From the NCBI GenBank assembly GCA_001784175.1, contig MFPR01000004.1, positions 124,001 to 188,000 on the forward strand: a DNA stretch of 64,000 nucleotides. Reading direction: 5' to 3'. Positions 1 through 8,785 of this stretch are shown piece after piece (positions within the stretch are counted from its first letter, which is position 1; each line of letters begins with the position of its first letter). The notes beneath the pieces were generated by a model. The model saw only the letters and a program-made list of their open reading frames with translations, did no database searches and was not told the origin of the DNA. The position numbers and the translations under genes were made by a program. This DNA comes from Candidatus Lindowbacteria bacterium RIFCSPLOWO2_12_FULL_62_27 (GTDB taxonomy: Bacteria > Lindowbacteria > 2-12-FULL-62-27).

Positions 1-245
1 GGTGTGAATCCGATTTCGTGTTCGCCGCCTTGGGAGTTCCACGCCGCCAGCCGCCGGACATCCCACTCCGTCGCGGTCCGGCCATCGCAGTGCCGGAGAA
101 GATTCTCGAGCAGAATCTTGATCGACACCGGCAGCCGGTCCACGGACGGCGCCGATTTGGCCAACTCGGCCAGCCGGTAAATCGAGACCGTCGAATCTTT
201 CGTCTGAAGCGTTCCAAGCGCGCCGAACGTGTTTTGCTTTGACAT
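1..245 (-). CDS. acnA: Aconitate hydratase A, N-terminal part (runs off the window edge)
   Basis: Not in the ORF track. Manual translation from ATG 245 gives MSKQNTFGALGTLQTKDSTVSIYRLAELAKSAPSVDRLPVSIKILLENLLRHCDG...EIGFTP; LPxSIKILLENLLR is the AcnA N-terminal signature. Confidence 0.9.
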   Translation of the reverse strand, partial: MSKQNTFGALGTLQTKDSTVSIYRLAELAKSAPSVDRLPVSIKILLENLLRHCDGRTATEWDVRRLAAWNSQGGEHEIGFT

Positions 246-374
246 GGCGTTGCTAAAATAGGTTATTTGGGAATTTCTGACAAGCCGTATATGCGGTGTG
301 CGCGGTAAAAACGATTTAGTAGATGAATCTATCATTTTGTTGATTTGCGCCCCCGTCTGCGGTATGATCCCGCC

Positions 375-1592
375 ATGAGAAACTTTGTCCGCTCCCAGAC
401 GCGGATGCTGATGGGCAGATTGGCGGAACCCCCAAGGCTGATCCAGATCGTGGCCGGGCCGCGGCAGGTGGGGAAAACGACGGCGCTGGCGCAGGCCGTC
501 CGGGCGTTTCGCGGACGCGGATTTGCGTCTGTCTCCGTCAGCGCCGACGCCCTCGCCGCTCCCCCCCGGGACTGGATATCAGAACAGTGGGCCCGCGCCA
601 ACCGGATCGCGAAGTCGGGCCGGCCGGTCATTCTGGCGTTTGATGAGCTGCAGAAGATTCCGGGCTGGAGCGAAACCGTGAAATTGGAGTTCGACCGCAA
701 CCAGCGGCGGAGGCGGGGCGCGCGGCCGCGCGTGGTTTTGACGGGCTCGTCGGCGTTGATGGTGGAGAAGGGGCTGACCGAAAGCCTGGCGGGACGATTC
801 GAGCTGATTCGATTTCCGCATTGGAATCTGGATGAAGAAATGCGGGCATTTCGCCGCCGGCCGGATGATTTCCTCGGCCTGGGCGGATACCCGCGTCTGG
901 CCGAATTCAAATCCGACTTCCCACGGTTTCTTCAATACGTCCGGGACGCCGTCATCGAGCCGGTCCTGAGCAGGGACATTCTCCTGCTACATCCGGTGGA
1001 CAAGCCGGCGCTCTTGCGCCGCCTGTTTGAATTTGCCTGCCATCATCCGGCCGAAATCGTGTCTCTTCAGAAGATGCTCGGCCAGCTCACCGACCGCGGC
1101 AACGTCACGGTCATTTCGCATTACCTGGATCTTCTGGCCAAGGCGTTTTTGGTGACGCCGCTGCAAAAGTTCAGCCGGGAAATACTGCGAGTGCGCGCGT
1201 CCAGCCCCAAACTCATCGTGATGGCCCAGGCGCTCATCGCCGCCGTCCAAAACAAAACGCCGGCGGAGCTTGCCGTCGATCGCGAACGGCTTGGCCGCTG
1301 GGCCGAAAACGCCGTCGGCGCCCACCTGATCCGGTCCGGTCTCGACGTTTTCTACTGGCGCGACCGCGATCGGGAAATCGACTTCATCGCCGGGAAAGGC
1401 TCGGACCTGATGGCCATCGAAGTAACCTCCGGCGAACGCGGCCATTCGGCGGCGGCCGTCGAACGCCTGGCCGGCAACCTCGGCATTCACCGGTTCCTCC
1501 TCGTCGGTCCCGGCGGCGTGGACATCCCCCGGTTCCTCCGAACCCCTCCTGACCGCTGGCTCAAAAAACCCGGCGGTACTCTCGGCGGATGA
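375..1592 (+). CDS. AAA+ ATPase (AAA_14 + DUF4143 type)
   Basis: Walker A GPRQVGKTT, Walker B FDELQK, TGSS, ESLAGR, GGYP and a C-terminal YWR..EIDF..AIEV motif. ATG at 375 preferred over TTG 345. Confidence 0.85.
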   Translation: MRNFVRSQTRMLMGRLAEPPRLIQIVAGPRQVGKTTALAQAVRAFRGRGFASVSVSADALAAPPRDWISEQWARANRIAKSGRPVILAFDELQKIPGWSETVKLEFDRNQRRRRGARPRVVLTGSSALMVEKGLTESLAGRFELIRFPHWNLDEEMRAFRRRPDDFLGLGGYPRLAEFKSDFPRFLQYVRDAVIEPVLSRDILLLHPVDKPALLRRLFEFACHHPAEIVSLQKMLGQLTDRGNVTVISHYLDLLAKAFLVTPLQKFSREILRVRASSPKLIVMAQALIAAVQNKTPAELAVDRERLGRWAENAVGAHLIRSGLDVFYWRDRDREIDFIAGKGSDLMAIEVTSGERGHSAAAVERLAGNLGIHRFLLVGPGGVDIPRFLRTPPDRWLKKPGGTLGG

Positions 1593-1684
1593 AATGCGGA
1601 AACACGGCGGCCATCGAGGTTGCGGGGCTGACCAAAATCTTTCGCATCACGATATATCCAAAACGTGAGAGGTTGGTGGATCAG

Positions 1685-1975
1685 TCAAGCTGCCCTGCGG
1701 CGGGTCTTGCGCTCCTTTCGATCCGCCTCCTCCACCGCACGGACAACTTCTTTCCTGGAATATCTCCGCCCTTCGGCCGCGAGTCTTTGATTGAAAAGAT
1801 CCATCAGTCTCCTGCTGTTCGATACCAGGAAGACCTCGACGTCAAAATCATCAGCCAGCGGCAGAACACCGGCCCACGGCCGTCCGTGTTTGGTAATCAC
1901 CAGCGGCTCCTGCCTGACGCGGTTCATGCACAGGCTCAAATTCTGCTTGAAATCCTTCATGCTTCGGATTGCCAT
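1685..1975 (-). CDS. Phd/YefM-family antitoxin
   Basis: 96 aa; pattern MKDFKQNLS...EPLVITKHGRP is typical of Phd/YefM; overlaps the toxin stop. Confidence 0.8.
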   Translation of the reverse strand: MAIRSMKDFKQNLSLCMNRVRQEPLVITKHGRPWAGVLPLADDFDVEVFLVSNSRRLMDLFNQRLAAEGRRYSRKEVVRAVEEADRKERKTRRRAA

Positions 1976-2295
1976 TGCGCATACACCTTTCCGCGGACCC
2001 GCAGTTTCGTATTGAACTTTTCTCCGACAACCACAATCAGACTGTTGGTCCGCTTTTCGTCGCGTTCAACGCGGTATAGCACACGCCATTTTTCCTTGCG
2101 CAGATACCAGTCCGCCCCGGAAACCGTCCGTTTCAACGGCCGCTTGTTCCCGGTGATTTCCTGCGGATCGCTCTTGATGAGCCAATCGTCCAAAGCCTTC
2201 AAAATGATCGGCCGCGCATGCGCCGGCAAGTGCAAGAGATCCTTGAGGGATCCCTCGATAAACTCGTAGGTCCGAACCGTCTCTTTTTCCCTCAT
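1957..2295 (-). CDS. RelE/ParE-superfamily toxin
   Basis: ~112 aa basic protein with KDLLHLP...WYLRKEKWRVLYRVE; directly upstream of and overlapping the Phd-like gene. Confidence 0.7.
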   Translation of the reverse strand: MREKETVRTYEFIEGSLKDLLHLPAHARPIILKALDDWLIKSDPQEITGNKRPLKRTVSGADWYLRKEKWRVLYRVERDEKRTNSLIVVVGEKFNTKLRVRGKVYAQWQSEA

Positions 2296-2347
2296 GCCCG
2301 GCACGGACAAAATGTCCTCAAAAAAGGACACTTTGTCAAGGCGTTAA

Positions 2348-2563
2348 CCCAAGTTCCGCACCAAGTTTTGTAAGTGATTGTATATCATGGAATGGACTTT
2401 TTTCGGCACTACAATTTCGCCGGTATGGTGAGACGCCTCTGTGGGAATGCCTTGGCTGAGAGTTTCAGTTTTTGGTAGATCGCCGCATGCTCGGCCTCCG
2501 GCTTTGTAGGCTTTCGAATGACGACGCAGCTGCCATCCACTTTTGGCATTGTGATCGTGCTCA
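2348..2563 (-). mobile_element. IS1634-family-like element, 3' remnant (transposase C-terminus plus right end)
   Basis: Minus-strand translation LSTITMPKVDGSCVVIRKPTKPEAEHAAIYQKLKLSAKAFP...* (stop 2409-2411) resembles IS1634 transposase C-termini; followed by terminal-like GTGCGGAACTTGGG (2361-2348). Confidence 0.6.
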
Positions 2564-2643
2564 GGTGCCGGACATAGACTTATAGACTTATTGAATGAAC
2601 ATGCGACTCGCCGCGATAAGTCTATAAGTCTATGTCCGGCACC
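2564..2643. repeat. Perfect 28-bp inverted repeat with 24-nt loop
   Basis: GGTGCCGGACATAGACTTATAGACTTAT (2564-2591) and ATAAGTCTATAAGTCTATGTCCGGCACC (2616-2643). Confidence 0.95.
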
Positions 2644-3095
2644 GCTCCCGGATGACGGCGCCCAAAATACCTATATGTTGCCTGTAGGTCATCGTTTCAC
2701 GCGCCAGCGCGCCAGGGTCATGGGGACGAGAAACATTGTCTGTTTTCCGCGACCGTTCATCGCCCCTTTCTGTAAGATGCGCGGCTTCCGGTTTCAGTGG
2801 ACCCTCAATTTGTGCACACCCGGGCGCATAAAGCTTACCGGCGTTTTCGGCTGGCGATGACATGTTCTGGTTTTGTTCGACGGTCTTGGGCTGTGGATTT
2901 TCTGTCCTGGACTCGGGCAGAATAGGCGGTAAACACCGGGTACCGCAATTTCGGCAGAATTGTCCTCGGGTTGTACCAACATCTCTACGACTTCTCTGTT
3001 CATCTGGAAACTCCCTTCGTACGGGTCGGAATAATTCATCTGCGAGAGTAGAAAATAATAACCTTCGTTTTGTCAGTATCTGAAGCAAGCCAGCG

Positions 3096-3464
3096 TCAAT
3101 AGTTATCGTATCTCCATCCACGTCCCATACACGGCCTACATTGATTCCATCCGATTCCTCTCCCTTCCCATATTTGCCCTCTTCCTCCACAGTATTTACA
3201 AACGTATTTCTCCCGCGGCGACTGAGTTCTGTCATAGGTTCTAGTCGATTCTTGATTGGGCGTTATTTGCTTGGCCGATTCGGGCTTTGTACCACAACCA
3301 TTCATTAAAATTTGTGAAATCAAAAGCAATGATAAAAAAAACGCGTGTTTTCTGCGGGGACGGAGATTTGAGATTCCTGCCAATCGTCGATCTATGTTCT
3401 GGCAGATGAGAATGTCAAATCTCAACCTCCGTCCCCGTTTTAACAACCACTTTTTCATATTCAT
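3096..3464 (-). CDS. Small putative lipoprotein with DnaJ-type CxxCxGxG zinc-finger pair (start uncertain)
   Basis: Hydrophobic stretch then MNGC, followed by CKYCGGRG and CRPCMGRG. Confidence 0.45.
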   Translation of the reverse strand: MNMKKWLLKRGRRLRFDILICQNIDRRLAGISNLRPRRKHAFFLSLLLISQILMNGCGTKPESAKQITPNQESTRTYDRTQSPREKYVCKYCGGRGQIWEGRGIGWNQCRPCMGRGWRYDNY

Positions 3465-3548
3465 GGCCTCTTTTAGTTTTCAAATTTGAAAAAGTCCTGC
3501 TTGTAAATTTCCATCCCGGGTCTCGAAAGTGTCAAAGTGTCAGAATGA

Positions 3549-3581
3549 CCCCGTGGCCCCCGTGGCCCTCCCGTGGCCCTT
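3549..3581. repeat. Short imperfect tandem repeat (CCGTGGCCC x3)
   Basis: ccccgtggcccccgtggccctcccgtggccctt immediately 3' of the Sel1 gene stop. Confidence 0.8.
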
Positions 3582-3586
3582 CCAAA

Positions 3587-5332
3587 TTATCTTGAATACT
3601 TCCGCGACCAAGACATCGCGTCGAGGAAATCATTTTTGACCGCCAAATCGCGTAATTCTCCGCCGCCGTATTCCGTTGTGTAACTCATGCACAGCCGGCC
3701 GAATTTCTGGGCGAGGGGCGACAATACGGTCGGCCCGTATTGGGCGACCTCGGCGCCTTTTGCCTGTATTTTATCACGCGGCGTTAATTGGAGTTCGGCG
3801 CGCATCACGTCATACTCCGCCTGCGCGTTTTTAAGCTCTTTGGCGGTTTTGATAATCTCTCCTGCCAACTGGTCCTTGGACATCCCCGTCCCGGACACAG
3901 AAATTTCTTGCTCAATTCGACGGAGAGCTTGATCGGCTTCTTCCATTCCCTGTTCGGCCGCTTTCCGAATCAACATCACCGCTTCGGCCTTGTTCTCGGC
4001 AATGCCCTCGCCGTAATAGTACATGAGTCCGAGACTGAACTGCGCGCGGTCGTATCCTTGATCGGCCGCCTTCCGATACAACGTCACCGCTTCGGCCTTG
4101 TTCTTAGCAACACCATCGCCGTTATAGTACATGAGACCGAGATAGAACTGCGCGGAGGCATCTCCCTGGTTGGCCGCGTCTCGATACCACATCGCCGCTT
4201 GGGCCTTGTTCTTAGCAACACCATCGCCGTTATAGTACATGAGACCGAGAGCGAACTGCGCGGAGGCATCTCCCTGGTTGGCCGCGTCCCGATACCACTT
4301 CACCGCTTCGGCCTTGTCCTGCTCAACACCCTCGCCCGAAAAGTACATGAATCCCAGATTGGACTGCGCGGAGGCATTCCCCTGCTCGGCCGCCTTGCGA
4401 TACCACTTCGCCGCCGCGGCCTTGTCCTGCTCAACACCCTCGCCCTTAGAGTACATATTTCCGAGTGCAAACTGCGCGGCGGCATACCCCTGATCGGCCG
4501 CCTTGCGATACCATTTCACCGCTTCGGCCTTGTCCTCGGCAACGCCCTCGCCGTTGGTGTACATGAATCCGAGAATGAACTGCGCGGCGGCATACCCCTG
4601 ATCGGCCGCCTTGCGATACCACTTCACCGCATCGACCTTGTCTTCGGCAACGCCCTCGCCGTAATAGTACATGCTTCCGAGATCGCGCTGCGCGACGGCA
4701 TCCCCCTGCTCGGCCGCCTTGCGATACCAATTCACGGCCTCGGCCGTGTCCTGCTCAACGCCCTTGCCGTTGGAATACGCGATACCCAGATTGCGTTGCG
4801 CACGTGGATATCCTTGTTCTGCCGCCTTGCGGTACCACTTCACTGCCTCAACGGCACTTTTTGTGACATTGTCGCCAACGTCAAACATCCAGCCAATAAT
4901 TGTCATGGCCTCGGCATCGCCTTGTTCTGCGAGTTGTTTCAATCCCGGAAACGCCTTTCCATCTATCTCTTTTGCTTTGTCTGGGTCTTTTGGAATGTTT
5001 AAATCAGGGATACCATTCCCTAATAACGCAGACAATTCAAACAGGCCAAGGGGGTGCCCCTGGTCTGCGGATAATTTCGACCACTGGTATGCCTTGGTCA
5101 AATCTTCCGGAACGCCCGTCCCACGCCTGTACGCCGCACCCAAAACAGCCTGATAATACGCGTCCCCGGCCTGCGCTTTTACCGTCGCCGTTTTTACAAG
5201 GTTCTCGTAATAATTCTGTACTGGGGTATCATTTTGAGACTCTGTTGTAGAACCACCGACGATTTTCAACGTGACGGCAACGCCGACAAACAATACGACA
5301 CAGATTATCAACAACCATTTTTTCATCTCCAT
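3587..5332 (-). CDS. Sel1-repeat (SLR) protein with N-terminal signal/anchor
   Basis: About 10 repeats of 36 aa (AQxxLGxMYxxGxGVxxDxxxAxxWYRKAAxQG), also visible as 108-bp DNA repeats; hydrophobic N-terminus; RBS GAGG. Confidence 0.95.
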   Translation of the reverse strand: MEMKKWLLIICVVLFVGVAVTLKIVGGSTTESQNDTPVQNYYENLVKTATVKAQAGDAYYQAVLGAAYRRGTGVPEDLTKAYQWSKLSADQGHPLGLFELSALLGNGIPDLNIPKDPDKAKEIDGKAFPGLKQLAEQGDAEAMTIIGWMFDVGDNVTKSAVEAVKWYRKAAEQGYPRAQRNLGIAYSNGKGVEQDTAEAVNWYRKAAEQGDAVAQRDLGSMYYYGEGVAEDKVDAVKWYRKAADQGYAAAQFILGFMYTNGEGVAEDKAEAVKWYRKAADQGYAAAQFALGNMYSKGEGVEQDKAAAAKWYRKAAEQGNASAQSNLGFMYFSGEGVEQDKAEAVKWYRDAANQGDASAQFALGLMYYNGDGVAKNKAQAAMWYRDAANQGDASAQFYLGLMYYNGDGVAKNKAEAVTLYRKAADQGYDRAQFSLGLMYYYGEGIAENKAEAVMLIRKAAEQGMEEADQALRRIEQEISVSGTGMSKDQLAGEIIKTAKELKNAQAEYDVMRAELQLTPRDKIQAKGAEVAQYGPTVLSPLAQKFGRLCMSYTTEYGGGELRDLAVKNDFLDAMSWSRKYSR

Positions 5333-5339
5333 GGCCTCC

Positions 5340-5888
5340 TCATCTGCCGGCGAATCCCCATTTCAGGAAACGCCCATAAGCAAACAGCGCCTTGTCAATC
5401 TGGCGCGGTTTTTGATTCTGGAAACGTTGTACGAACGGAATGTATTGATCGAAGTAGATCGGTAATTTCTTGTTCCGTGTGTCCGGGATCTCTGCCGGTG
5501 TCAAGCCGTCAATCTTCGCCATCGCGCGGAATGTGTGCTGGTCGAAGATTGGAAAAAGAGGCGGGTTTACACAATGCAACCAAAAGATGTCCCATATAGC
5601 GCCCCCGTGGAGATTCTGGACGTATAGCTTTCCGGAATCCGGCGTAGTCAATACCGGTAACTCACCAAGCTTGGGCAGATATATGGTTCGAATGGACTGT
5701 TGCTTCTTCTCCGAAATATGCTCGGATCCATTCTTCCATTTATAGAGCGACCACACACGATCTTCATTGAGTTTCTGGCCGATGTTGTCATTATACAAAT
5801 GCTCGAGGTCATCGCTGTACGTATCCGCCCAGAATGTCACGAAATCGGATATCCCGGCGGGTTGCCATTTCGGAATTTGCAAGTTCAT
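5340..5888 (-). CDS. Hypothetical protein, distant HhH-GPD glycosylase-like motifs
   Basis: 182 aa with WK..., WLHCVNPPLFPIFDQHTFRAM and RQIDKALFAYG motifs; co-oriented within the operon. Confidence 0.55.
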   Translation of the reverse strand: MNLQIPKWQPAGISDFVTFWADTYSDDLEHLYNDNIGQKLNEDRVWSLYKWKNGSEHISEKKQQSIRTIYLPKLGELPVLTTPDSGKLYVQNLHGGAIWDIFWLHCVNPPLFPIFDQHTFRAMAKIDGLTPAEIPDTRNKKLPIYFDQYIPFVQRFQNQKPRQIDKALFAYGRFLKWGFAGR

Positions 5889-5904
5889 TATTTCTTCCAA
5901 TGGC

Positions 5905-6834
5905 TTAGAACAGCCTCGGCCCGCTGCTGGTCGTTTTGCCTCCGGCGTCGGAGGCGGCGGTTTTGACAAGAACGTAATACGGGCTGGCGCCGTTTTTGGT
6001 GTCGATGAGGGATGCGTCGAGTTTTCCCGAATTCAGGGAATCCATGGAAACAACACTGAAGTCGCCCTCGACTGAATGAATTTTTCCGGTCGCAACTTTT
6101 GTGACTCTCGTTTTGCCCCCTATCGACTGTCTGGTGACGACCTCGACGTTCAGGCCCTTGACCATTCCATCCGCCTCGCCAAGACTCACAAGCGCCTTGG
6201 TGACTTTCCCTTTGCTTTCGCCTTCCACGCCGACGATCATTCCCTCGATGGGAAACGATTCCGCCAATATTTTCCGAAGTTGGAGTTTGTACTTGTAGAC
6301 CAGTTGAGTCAGCGCGTCCTGAGAACTTTCCATTCGCACCAGACCCAGAAACTCATCGCCCTGCTTGACGCTCAGTTCCTTGGCGAATATGGCCTCGCCT
6401 GTTTCAACGTTCAGTATTTTAAAAAAGAGGGACGCGGATGCATTGTAGCTGACATGCGCCGCCGTCCTGTTTGTTGCCTGATTGTATGTTTTTTCCTGCG
6501 AAATCGTGTTGATTCGTCCAACCACAAGGTATTGAACACCTCCGACGATTCCACCGGTTAATTCCTGATCAATCAACCCGCTCATGGATAATTTCTGTTC
6601 ATCCAAAAGCGCCAGGAGGTTCGCGCGCTCGACTATGGTGAAGCGCTTCATGTCGATCAGAATCGCCTCAACCGTGGCTTCGAGTTGCTTGGCGTAAGGC
6701 TTACCGTCTTCGACGGCGCATTCGAAAGGTAGAACCGCGATGCTCATCTTTTCGGCATGAGCAACTACGGGGGAGAAAAACACCAGCGCCGCGATGATGA
6801 TAGAGCGGAACAGACGAGATGGGGATAACGCCAT
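5905..6834 (-). CDS. CsgG/HfaB-like periplasmic or outer-membrane assembly protein
   Basis: Signal peptide (AHA), IAVLPF, RFTIVERANLLALLDEQKLSMSGLID, YLVVGRI; FlgT-like beta C-terminus. Confidence 0.75.
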   Translation of the reverse strand: MALSPSRLFRSIIIAALVFFSPVVAHAEKMSIAVLPFECAVEDGKPYAKQLEATVEAILIDMKRFTIVERANLLALLDEQKLSMSGLIDQELTGGIVGGVQYLVVGRINTISQEKTYNQATNRTAAHVSYNASASLFFKILNVETGEAIFAKELSVKQGDEFLGLVRMESSQDALTQLVYKYKLQLRKILAESFPIEGMIVGVEGESKGKVTKALVSLGEADGMVKGLNVEVVTRQSIGGKTRVTKVATGKIHSVEGDFSVVSMDSLNSGKLDASLIDTKNGASPYYVLVKTAASDAGGKTTSSGPRLF

Positions 6835-6856
6835 GTGACCACCGCCTCCTTGATTT

Positions 6857-7537
6857 CTAGAAGTCGAGTCCCTTCTCCGCTTCCTTGTAGGCCTCTTCCA
6901 TCGCCTTCAACTGCTCGACCTTGACTTTATTCGTCTCCCGATCCAGATCGTTCTGGACTTTTTTGCGCTGTACCTGCGAGAAGCGTTTGGTTTCCTCGTC
7001 CAGAGTCGACCTCGGCATCTGTGCGAACACCGTGACTTCCCAGTACTCCTTCTGGACGTTGTCGTCCATAAACTTCTGGACAAACCACTCCTTGGCCGTA
7101 ACTTCGGACACAAGGCCGTCCGAAAAAGTCGAGAGGGATTCCTTCATATCGGCCAGGACCGGATCCTGGATGTCCCCGGTTGTGATTCCCCGCTCTTTGA
7201 GAAGTTCCTTGTATTTGAACTCGATTTTTTCACCGACCCTCAGGGCAAATTTCTTGCTCGCCTCACGCAAAGCCTCGCTTCGGGCCCTCTGCTGGCTTGA
7301 GTTCTTCCGTGACAGCGCGACCATTTGCGCGAATTTGCCGTCTTCTGACGTAGCGGCCGGCTCAACTTGGATCCACGCAGGCGCCTTGTCGCCGTGGGTC
7401 GACCAGATCAGGCGGCTGCCTTGATTCGGCGGCGGGGGTTTGACCGCCTTTTGCGTGGTTGTGCATGAAAGAGAAAACAGGATTAGAAGAACAGTCACCA
7501 GCGAAACAAATGTCGGGCGGGTCAAACGCGGGAACAT
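6857..7537 (-). CDS. Lipoprotein, LPP20-like
   Basis: Lipobox SLSC, then PAWI motif and ARSEALREA helix. Confidence 0.65.
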   Translation of the reverse strand: MFPRLTRPTFVSLVTVLLILFSLSCTTTQKAVKPPPPNQGSRLIWSTHGDKAPAWIQVEPAATSEDGKFAQMVALSRKNSSQQRARSEALREASKKFALRVGEKIEFKYKELLKERGITTGDIQDPVLADMKESLSTFSDGLVSEVTAKEWFVQKFMDDNVQKEYWEVTVFAQMPRSTLDEETKRFSQVQRKKVQNDLDRETNKVKVEQLKAMEEAYKEAEKGLDF

Positions 7538-7643
7538 GGGCGAACACCTCCATTGGAGTTGATAAATATTTTCACGTCTTTAGGTTGACAATTTAACTGA
7601 AAAAAAAAAATGCAAGAAAAAAGAGAAAAGTGAGGCAATTGAA

Positions 7644-8642
7644 ATGAAAAGACCATTGACTCGTCGCCTGTGTATGCACTCGACCCTGATCCTGTCCGGG
7701 TTGGCGATTTTCAATCTGATATTGACCGGCGCGCAGGCCAAGGCGTCGAAGGAGTCGCCGATCTCGATTTCGCCGGATCCGGTCGCGACTTATCCGAATG
7801 AGAGACCGGACTGGCTGGATCGGCCGACGGCGCCCGACGCCGCCGCAATCTATTTTGTCGGACACTCGGACCGGGCGGACAGCGACGGCAACTCGCGCGA
7901 GCAGGCGATGATGGATGCCAAGAAGAACGCTGTTCTCTATACGGGCGTGTCCATTACAGACGTCTTCAAGGAGGTTGCGACGGCGGAAGGCCGGGCGAGC
8001 GGCATATCGGATCCTTCCATCCGGACGGAGAGCCGGACCAAACAGAGGTCCGGAGCGTTTCTGGCCGGGATCATGGCCGTCGACTGGTATACGGAAAAAT
8101 TCGCCAAACAGTCGGGAAAAAAGACCGTGGGATACGTCTGGCGGTCACACGTGCTGGTGTCCCTGCCACGGAACGAAATTGATGAGGCGCGCGAAAAAAA
8201 CAAGGAACTCCGCGGCAAAACGTTTGCGGGCATCTGGGACGCGTCGCATGAGGGGTCGATTTTTATCGTGGACGACGGCGTCGAGCCGGCAGAGCGCTAT
8301 GAGTCCCTCAAATCATCTCTCATCCGATTTATGGGTGAAAACAAGATTGCGGTTATTGAGCGCCGGGAATCCCTGGAGGTCGACACGGGATTGCCGGTGT
8401 TGGGCGTCAAGGCAAGTTTTGCAAGGAATAACGACGTTCACGGGCTGGTTTCGGTCGCGGGGGAATTCGTCGTGTCCTTGTACGTTACGACGCCGGACGG
8501 CCATCGTATTTCCGCCGGCGGGGTGAAGGCCCGTCTGTCGGGCGTCGGCAACAGCGTCGACGGCGCGATCAATTCCGCCATTTCAAAATTTGTCAATCAG
8601 AAGGGGAAAGAGGTCCTGCGGTTGTTCAAACAGGACGACTGA
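7644..8642 (+). CDS. Secreted LPP20-like protein
   Basis: Signal peptide, RPDWLD...IYFVGHS...REQAMMDAKKNA; distantly similar to the divergent lipoprotein. Confidence 0.6.
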   Translation: MKRPLTRRLCMHSTLILSGLAIFNLILTGAQAKASKESPISISPDPVATYPNERPDWLDRPTAPDAAAIYFVGHSDRADSDGNSREQAMMDAKKNAVLYTGVSITDVFKEVATAEGRASGISDPSIRTESRTKQRSGAFLAGIMAVDWYTEKFAKQSGKKTVGYVWRSHVLVSLPRNEIDEAREKNKELRGKTFAGIWDASHEGSIFIVDDGVEPAERYESLKSSLIRFMGENKIAVIERRESLEVDTGLPVLGVKASFARNNDVHGLVSVAGEFVVSLYVTTPDGHRISAGGVKARLSGVGNSVDGAINSAISKFVNQKGKEVLRLFKQDD

Positions 8643-8662
8643 GCGCTTCTACGAACACCCCC

Positions 8663-8730
8663 GCCCTGCGGCGGGTCTTGCGCTCCTTTCGATCCGCCTC
8701 CTCCACCGCACGGACAACTTCTTTTCTGGA
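8663..8730. repeat. 68-bp direct repeat of 1692-1759 (3' end of the antitoxin gene)
   Basis: 67/68 identical by manual alignment. Confidence 0.95.
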
Positions 8731-8752
8731 TTCCCGCTTTCGCGGGAATGAC
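8726..8752. repeat. REP/dRS3-like palindromic element
   Basis: CTGGATTCCCGCTTTCGCGGGAATGAC fits ATTCCC-N8-GGGAAT. Confidence 0.8.
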
Positions 8753-8785
8753 GATCTTATGTAAATAAGCGTTGGACGCACTACA

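Noticed and set aside
1589-2269. 226-aa plus-strand ORF as an intact gene
   Set aside because: Only the first ~19 codons look protein-like; the rest is antisense to the TA pair.
2630-3235. 201-aa minus-strand ORF
   Set aside because: It overlaps the Zn-finger ORF out of frame, ends within the inverted repeat and has no recognisable domain; probably degraded sequence.
3950-4850. Regular DNA repeats as a CRISPR array
   Set aside because: The 108-bp period is the coding Sel1 repeat; there are no unique spacers or cas genes.
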